This document shows positions 60,102 to 64,000 of a stretch of 64,000 nucleotides of DNA, piece by piece (positions within the stretch are counted from its first letter, which is position 1; each line of letters opens with the position of its first letter). The position numbers were made by a program, and so were the translations under genes. This DNA is from a candidate division WOR-3 bacterium (GTDB taxonomy: Bacteria > Hydrothermota > Tepidihabitantia > B3-TA06), in the NCBI GenBank assembly GCA_016934635.1, contig JAFGSK010000029.1:895-64894 (forward strand), written 5' to 3'. Below the pieces are notes generated by a model. That model had not been told where the DNA came from, did no database searches, and worked only from the letters and a program-made list of their open reading frames with translations.

Positions 60102-60857
60102 TTAGGTGTTGTCCTCTTCTTCCTCCTCCTCAATACCTACAAAGAACTCACGTGAGCCCTTGACTATCTGCACGAACCCAGGTTCGTCTAAAACCGCGGT
60201 TACATTAATGACGTATCTCGCCTCTGGGATGAGATCCTCGGCATCAAGCCTCCATCTAACTGGTTTTACGCCTCTTTGATTTATAGTCTTAAATATCATC
60301 ATGCTATCCGCAGCTTGAGCGCCCTGAGGAATCAATTCTATTTCGTAAGTAACCGTATCGGCAAGCGATTCCCACTCTAACAAAACCTTTCCCTTTTCAG
60401 GTATAACCGTATCTGGAACATTAAAACGTATCGACTTAGCAATAGAAAGCGTAACATAATCTTCATCTTTACCTGACTTAAGGATTGATGATCTGCCTTG
60501 ATTGAGCAGAATGAGGCGATAAGTAGCCGTATCGTCAAGAACCAAAGTTGAATCGGTAAACCTCATAGTGTCGGTATCCAGATTTGCTATCCTGAGATTA
60601 GCCATCGCCTGGAACTGATCGCCAATCTTCTTTTCTACAATTATTGCCTCACCTTTAGGTGGTGCGATCCAGGAAAAACTTGCCGCCTGAAACACAATTT
60701 CTGATTCCCCAGCCATAGGATGGGTGGTTTCGGTGAAAGTTTCTACGCCGACAATGTTCACTTCCTGCAAAGATGAATCAAGGTTACCACAACCGAATGT
60801 CAATAACAGCACTCCTCCCGCTGCAAGAATTAACATCCCAAAGAGATACTTTAACAT
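60102..60857 (-). CDS. Lipoprotein of unknown function with poly-Glu tail
   Basis: MLKYLFGMLILAAGGVLLLTFGC lipobox, beta-rich sequence, C-terminal EEEEEEDNT. Confidence 0.6.
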   Translation of the reverse strand: MLKYLFGMLILAAGGVLLLTFGCGNLDSSLQEVNIVGVETFTETTHPMAGESEIVFQAASFSWIAPPKGEAIIVEKKIGDQFQAMANLRIANLDTDTMRFTDSTLVLDDTATYRLILLNQGRSSILKSGKDEDYVTLSIAKSIRFNVPDTVIPEKGKVLLEWESLADTVTYEIELIPQGAQAADSMMIFKTINQRGVKPVRWRLDAEDLIPEARYVINVTAVLDEPGFVQIVKGSREFFVGIEEEEEEDNT

Positions 60858-61123
60858 TAAACCTCCTTGCGGCTATCCCTAATATTATGGCGATCAGGCG
60901 GCGTGTCAAGCTCAAAGGTTTTGTTACGGGAATGCTCTCCCTTGATAAGCTTGATCTTCCGTCGGGGCAACGAGAAATGCTCTGCCAGAAGTTCCTGAAC
61001 CTCCTGATTTGCCCGCCCCTTTTCAGGTGGCGAATGTACCCAAACCTTAAGTTTCCCTTCTTCCAGCGCTTCTACCCGCTGCCTAGATGATCGGGGTACG
61101 ACCTTTACTTCAACCTTAAGCAT
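60857..61123 (-). CDS. DUF167 (YggU-like) protein
   Basis: 88 aa. KVVPRSSRQ...LKVWVHSPPEKGRANQEV..LLAEHF pattern. Confidence 0.7.
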   Translation of the reverse strand: MLKVEVKVVPRSSRQRVEALEEGKLKVWVHSPPEKGRANQEVQELLAEHFSLPRRKIKLIKGEHSRNKTFELDTPPDRHNIRDSRKEV

Positions 61124-61250
61124 AATACCTTAGACGAAAAAGGTGGGAAAATGATGCTTTGACAGTGGAAGACACCCTCTCAGGGTGTTATACATTCTAA
61201 TGAAAGGACCGGTGAATCCATTCTCCATGTCTTTTCTGTCCTTTTGTACT

Positions 61251-62045
61251 TCAGGGAGTTTTTTCTGAACCCTTAAGACGAATACCTCGGCTGCTCTCCT
61301 TTATAAACCTCAGAAATTCAGCAACTTCAGGCGCAGCGAGTTCCTGTGCTGTTAGATCAGCTAGGGCTTGGGCTATGGGTCGAATATCCCTGTATACAAG
61401 CCTGTACATGCGGGTTATGAGCATCCGATCGCCTGAAGAAAATCTTGCTCGCTCTAAACCCACCCGGTTCGGTCCGACTACCCTGAAAGGATGTCCTGTT
61501 CCCAGGAGAAAAGGAGGCAGGTCCTGTGTAAGGTAGGAATGCGCCCCAACCATTGCCAATCTGCCTATGCGCACGAACTGGTGGACCCCGGTCGAACCGC
61601 CCAGGAATGAACCCGAACCAACCTCGACGTGTCCGGCCAGCTGTACCGCGTTTGCCAAGGTTACACCCTCTCCCAGGCTGCAGTTATGCGAAACATGCGC
61701 ATATGCCATGACGCAGGAGCCTTTCCCTATTCTTGTTATCTGGTCCTTGCCTGTAGCCCGGTGAAGGGTGGCGAATTCGCGCACTACTACCTCGTCTGAG
61801 ATTTCGAGAAAACTTTCCTCACCCTGGAACCGGGTATCCTGGGGCAGACCGCCCAGCACCGCATGCTCGCCTATGGTGCAGTTTTTGCCCACCCTTACGC
61901 AGGGTTGTATTGCAGCGTGAGACGAAATAACAGTTCCCGAACCTATTTCCACCTTATCTGAGATGACGGCGTATGGACCGACCTTGACGTTCTCACCAAG
62001 TCTAGCTCCGGGCGAAACTACCGCAGTAGGGTGAATCTTACTCAC
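61251..62045 (-). CDS. lpxA: Acyl-ACP--UDP-N-acetylglucosamine O-acyltransferase
   Basis: MSKIHPTAVVSPGARLGENVKVGPYAVI hexapeptide repeats plus a helical C-terminal domain. Context with fabZ/lpxC/lpxD. Confidence 0.9.
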   Translation of the reverse strand: MSKIHPTAVVSPGARLGENVKVGPYAVISDKVEIGSGTVISSHAAIQPCVRVGKNCTIGEHAVLGGLPQDTRFQGEESFLEISDEVVVREFATLHRATGKDQITRIGKGSCVMAYAHVSHNCSLGEGVTLANAVQLAGHVEVGSGSFLGGSTGVHQFVRIGRLAMVGAHSYLTQDLPPFLLGTGHPFRVVGPNRVGLERARFSSGDRMLITRMYRLVYRDIRPIAQALADLTAQELAAPEVAEFLRFIKESSRGIRLKGSEKTP

Positions 62046-62069
62046 GACCTCAGCCCTGATGATCCTTTG

Positions 62070-62519
62070 CTAAGGATTGGGGAAAAGACCTACCAGGAAT
62101 GTAGCCTTGGCAACAAGATTCCCATCAACCTTGGCCTCGGCTTCCATCTTGGCTTGTTCGGTCTTCTCCGCGTTGCGGTGATATACAAGTTTTACATACA
62201 TATCCAGCCGATCACCCGGTCTTACCGCACCTTTGAAACGGACATTATCTATACCCAAAAAGATCATGTTACGTTCCTCAGTTTCGATGCGTGGACCGAG
62301 GATAATCAAGCCTGAAAGCTGAGCCATGGCTTCAACCACGAGCACCCCGGGCATAATAGGATACCCCGGGAAATGACCCATAAAATACGGTTCATTATAG
62401 GAAACGTTTTTGTAACCCCATATCTCCTTTTCAGTTAGCTTGGTGACATAGTCAACCATCAGGAATGGAAATCGGTGGTAGAGCTTTGAGAGGATCCAAT
62501 CCACATTTAAGTTTTCCAT
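62070..62519 (-). CDS. fabZ: 3-hydroxyacyl-ACP dehydratase FabZ
   Basis: [29 protein letters not shown] and EAMAQ motifs. AAGGAG SD. Confidence 0.9.
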   Translation of the reverse strand: MENLNVDWILSKLYHRFPFLMVDYVTKLTEKEIWGYKNVSYNEPYFMGHFPGYPIMPGVLVVEAMAQLSGLIILGPRIETEERNMIFLGIDNVRFKGAVRPGDRLDMYVKLVYHRNAEKTEQAKMEAEAKVDGNLVAKATFLVGLFPNP

Positions 62520-63324
62520 ACTCTATCTCCTTGGTTAATAGTTTGACAACCTGGTGTGTTTCGCGGTGACCTGTACCTACGGCCCAGATGTTCGCCTTGA
62601 TCCTGTAACCCAAAAGCGCCAGGTCTCCCAAAAGATCGAGCGCCTTGTGGCGCAGCATCTCATCAGGGAACCTGGTAGGATAAGGGTAATGACGCCTCCG
62701 GCTGGAACGTATCCCGAAAGGATACTCAAAATCCGGATAGTCCCCCACCGCAAAAGTACGGGCTGGAGCAATATCGGTTACAAAGGCCTTTTCAACATCT
62801 GCGAAACATCGTGCCCGTAACCAGCCTGAGTCCCAATTATAAAAAACATAGCTTATCTGAAGCCTTTCCGAAGGTCGAATAAAGATGAAACCCCTTGAAG
62901 AGGTAAAAAGCAGCGAGTTTTCTATCTCCAACTCCTCTCTTTCGCTGCCCTGCCTCAGGATGCCTGCCTTAAAGATAGCCTTGACGTAGGCCAGGGAGCT
63001 TCCATCGAAGAAAGGAAGCTCGTCTCCTTCGACATCCACTCGAACATTATCTATCCCCATCCCCCACAGTGCTGCAAGAAGATGCTCGACAAAACTCAAC
63101 GTAACCGAAGAACCCGCCTCGGCTTGCAGAACCACTTTACGGTCATCCACCCTTGTGGAATATATCGATAATGGGAAAAAAAAAGCAGGTTTAACGTCAG
63201 TGCGCCGCAGGACTATGCCGGTATCCGTGTCCATAGGGTACATGTTTATACAGGCATGCCCGTTGCCCCACAGGGTCGGCCCTTCCAGTCTTACCCCGGT
63301 CCTAAGAGTCTTCTGCAGTGCCAT
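62452..63324 (-). CDS. lpxC: UDP-3-O-acyl-N-acetylglucosamine deacetylase
   Basis: [32 protein letters not shown] and [10 protein letters not shown] motifs. I prefer ATG 63324 ([11 protein letters not shown]). The track N-terminal extension overlaps lpxD. Confidence 0.85.
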   Translation of the reverse strand: MALQKTLRTGVRLEGPTLWGNGHACINMYPMDTDTGIVLRRTDVKPAFFFPLSIYSTRVDDRKVVLQAEAGSSVTLSFVEHLLAALWGMGIDNVRVDVEGDELPFFDGSSLAYVKAIFKAGILRQGSEREELEIENSLLFTSSRGFIFIRPSERLQISYVFYNWDSGWLRARCFADVEKAFVTDIAPARTFAVGDYPDFEYPFGIRSSRRRHYPYPTRFPDEMLRHKALDLLGDLALLGYRIKANIWAVGTGHRETHQVVKLLTKEIEYGKLKCGLDPLKALPPISIPDG

Positions 63325-64000
63325 CTCGATAAAGCCTTGCCTGGGCGCGTAAGGTTGTCCGATGGGGTCGGGCAGGGATGCCTGATACCCTCTCGCCCGG
63401 AGCAACGTTCTTGAAAACCGCAGACTTGGCGTAAACCACGGCTCCTGCCCCGATGTGTACGTGATCTTTGACCCCTGACTGTCCTGCCAGGACGACCCCG
63501 TCCTCCAATACGGCTGATCCGGCAATCCCGCATTGACCTGTGATGATGCAATTCCTGCCAATCCGCACGTTATGTGCTATGTGGACAAGATTATCTATCC
63601 TTGTTCCTTCACCGATCCGGGTTTCTGAAACCGTACCCCTGTCTATGCAAACCCCGGCGCCTATATGTACGTCGTTTTCTATAACGACTATTCCTAAGTG
63701 GTTGATAGGTAGATGCTTACCATCCTGATCTGTTATATAGCCGAAACCTGGTGAGCCGATGACCGATCCTGCGCCTATGCGTACACCTGAACCTATCCTG
63801 GTTTTAGCATGGACAGTAACATTGGGACCGATTACACACTCTGTACCAATCTCAACCTCAGGACCAACGTATGTAAAGGGCAGGAGAACCGTCGGGGAGG
63901 CCACCTTTGCCGAACCTGCCACGTATACGAGGTCTTCGGCTTTCTCTTCATAAGGGGAGGGAAATGCATCAAGGGCTTTTGCCCAGGCCCTGCGGACGTC
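63302..64000 (-). CDS. lpxD: UDP-3-O-acylglucosamine N-acyltransferase, C-terminal two thirds (gene continues past the right window edge)
   Basis: Long run of hexapeptide repeats ([30 protein letters not shown]). The frame stays open upstream of the track GTG through position 64000 ([19 protein letters not shown]...). Confidence 0.85.
   Translation of the reverse strand, partial: DVRRAWAKALDAFPSPYEEKAEDLVYVAGSAKVASPTVLLPFTYVGPEVEIGTECVIGPNVTVHAKTRIGSGVRIGAGSVIGSPGFGYITDQDGKHLPINHLGIVVIENDVHIGAGVCIDRGTVSETRIGEGTRIDNLVHIAHNVRIGRNCIITGQCGIAGSAVLEDGVVLAGQSGVKDHVHIGAGAVVYAKSAVFKNVAPGERVSGIPARPHRTTLRAQARLYRDGTAEDS

Noticed and set aside
63325-63561. N-terminal 79-codon extension of the lpxC ORF
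   Set aside because: It overlaps the hexapeptide-repeat region of lpxD out of frame. [11 protein letters not shown] at 63324 aligns with the usual LpxC N-terminus.
1-64000. CRISPR arrays, rRNA genes, transposases/integrases, prophage or toxin-antitoxin modules
   Set aside because: I scanned both strands. I found no direct-repeat/spacer array, no rRNA-like conserved blocks and no DDE, tyrosine or serine recombinase motifs. The only RNA gene found is tRNA-Leu at 15195..15276.

Overview
This is a 64-kb chromosomal window at roughly 50% GC. I found no rRNA, CRISPR array, transposase, integrase or phage genes. About 53 protein genes and one tRNA are densely packed.

Housekeeping content:
- Lipid-A and fatty-acid genes lpxD-lpxC-fabZ-lpxA.
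- ffh and rpe.
- tRNA-Leu(TAG)-tig-clpP-clpX.
- panB, folK, a deoxynucleoside kinase, a cold-shock protein, and a GlmU-like/ROK kinase pair.

LPS genes plus seven proteins ending in a type IX secretion (T9SS) C-terminal sorting domain suggest a diderm bacterium of the FCB-type lineages, probably uncultivated. That placement is inference. No T9SS core genes are in the window.

Accessory regions worth attention:
1. 15.4-23.5 kb: two paralogous FG-GAP/Ca-motif T9SS cargo giants flank a PorV/PorQ-like barrel fused to an OmpA peptidoglycan anchor.
2. 24.5-30.4 kb: a tight GT2-GT4-UPF0104-YfhO envelope glycosylation operon, divergent from region 3.
3. 30.7-43.0 kb: two paralogous ~1000-aa NIDO-like/CARDB-like cargo proteins, a Cys-rich mini-cargo, a TolB-like propeller and a 1202-aa C25 (gingipain/PorU-type) peptidase.
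4. 44.7-47.1 kb: an operon of a small ORF, tusA, dsrE, dsrF, dsrH and a gcvH-like gene, behind a consensus promoter and a ~260-nt leader.
5. A zinc-ribbon/cyclase/STAND/TPR giant, two stand-alone PASTA proteins next to the lipid-A genes, and an HEXXH-propeller-barrel outer-membrane protein beside three tandem small OMP paralogs.

Non-coding signals:
- A very regular TTGACA-N16/17-TAnnnT promoter grammar, several copies of which imply leaderless mRNAs.
- Perfect palindromes at 1.9-2.2 kb.
- A recurring AT-rich heptad-repeat element immediately 3' of stop codons.

All functional calls come from motif recognition by eye. No database search was possible.
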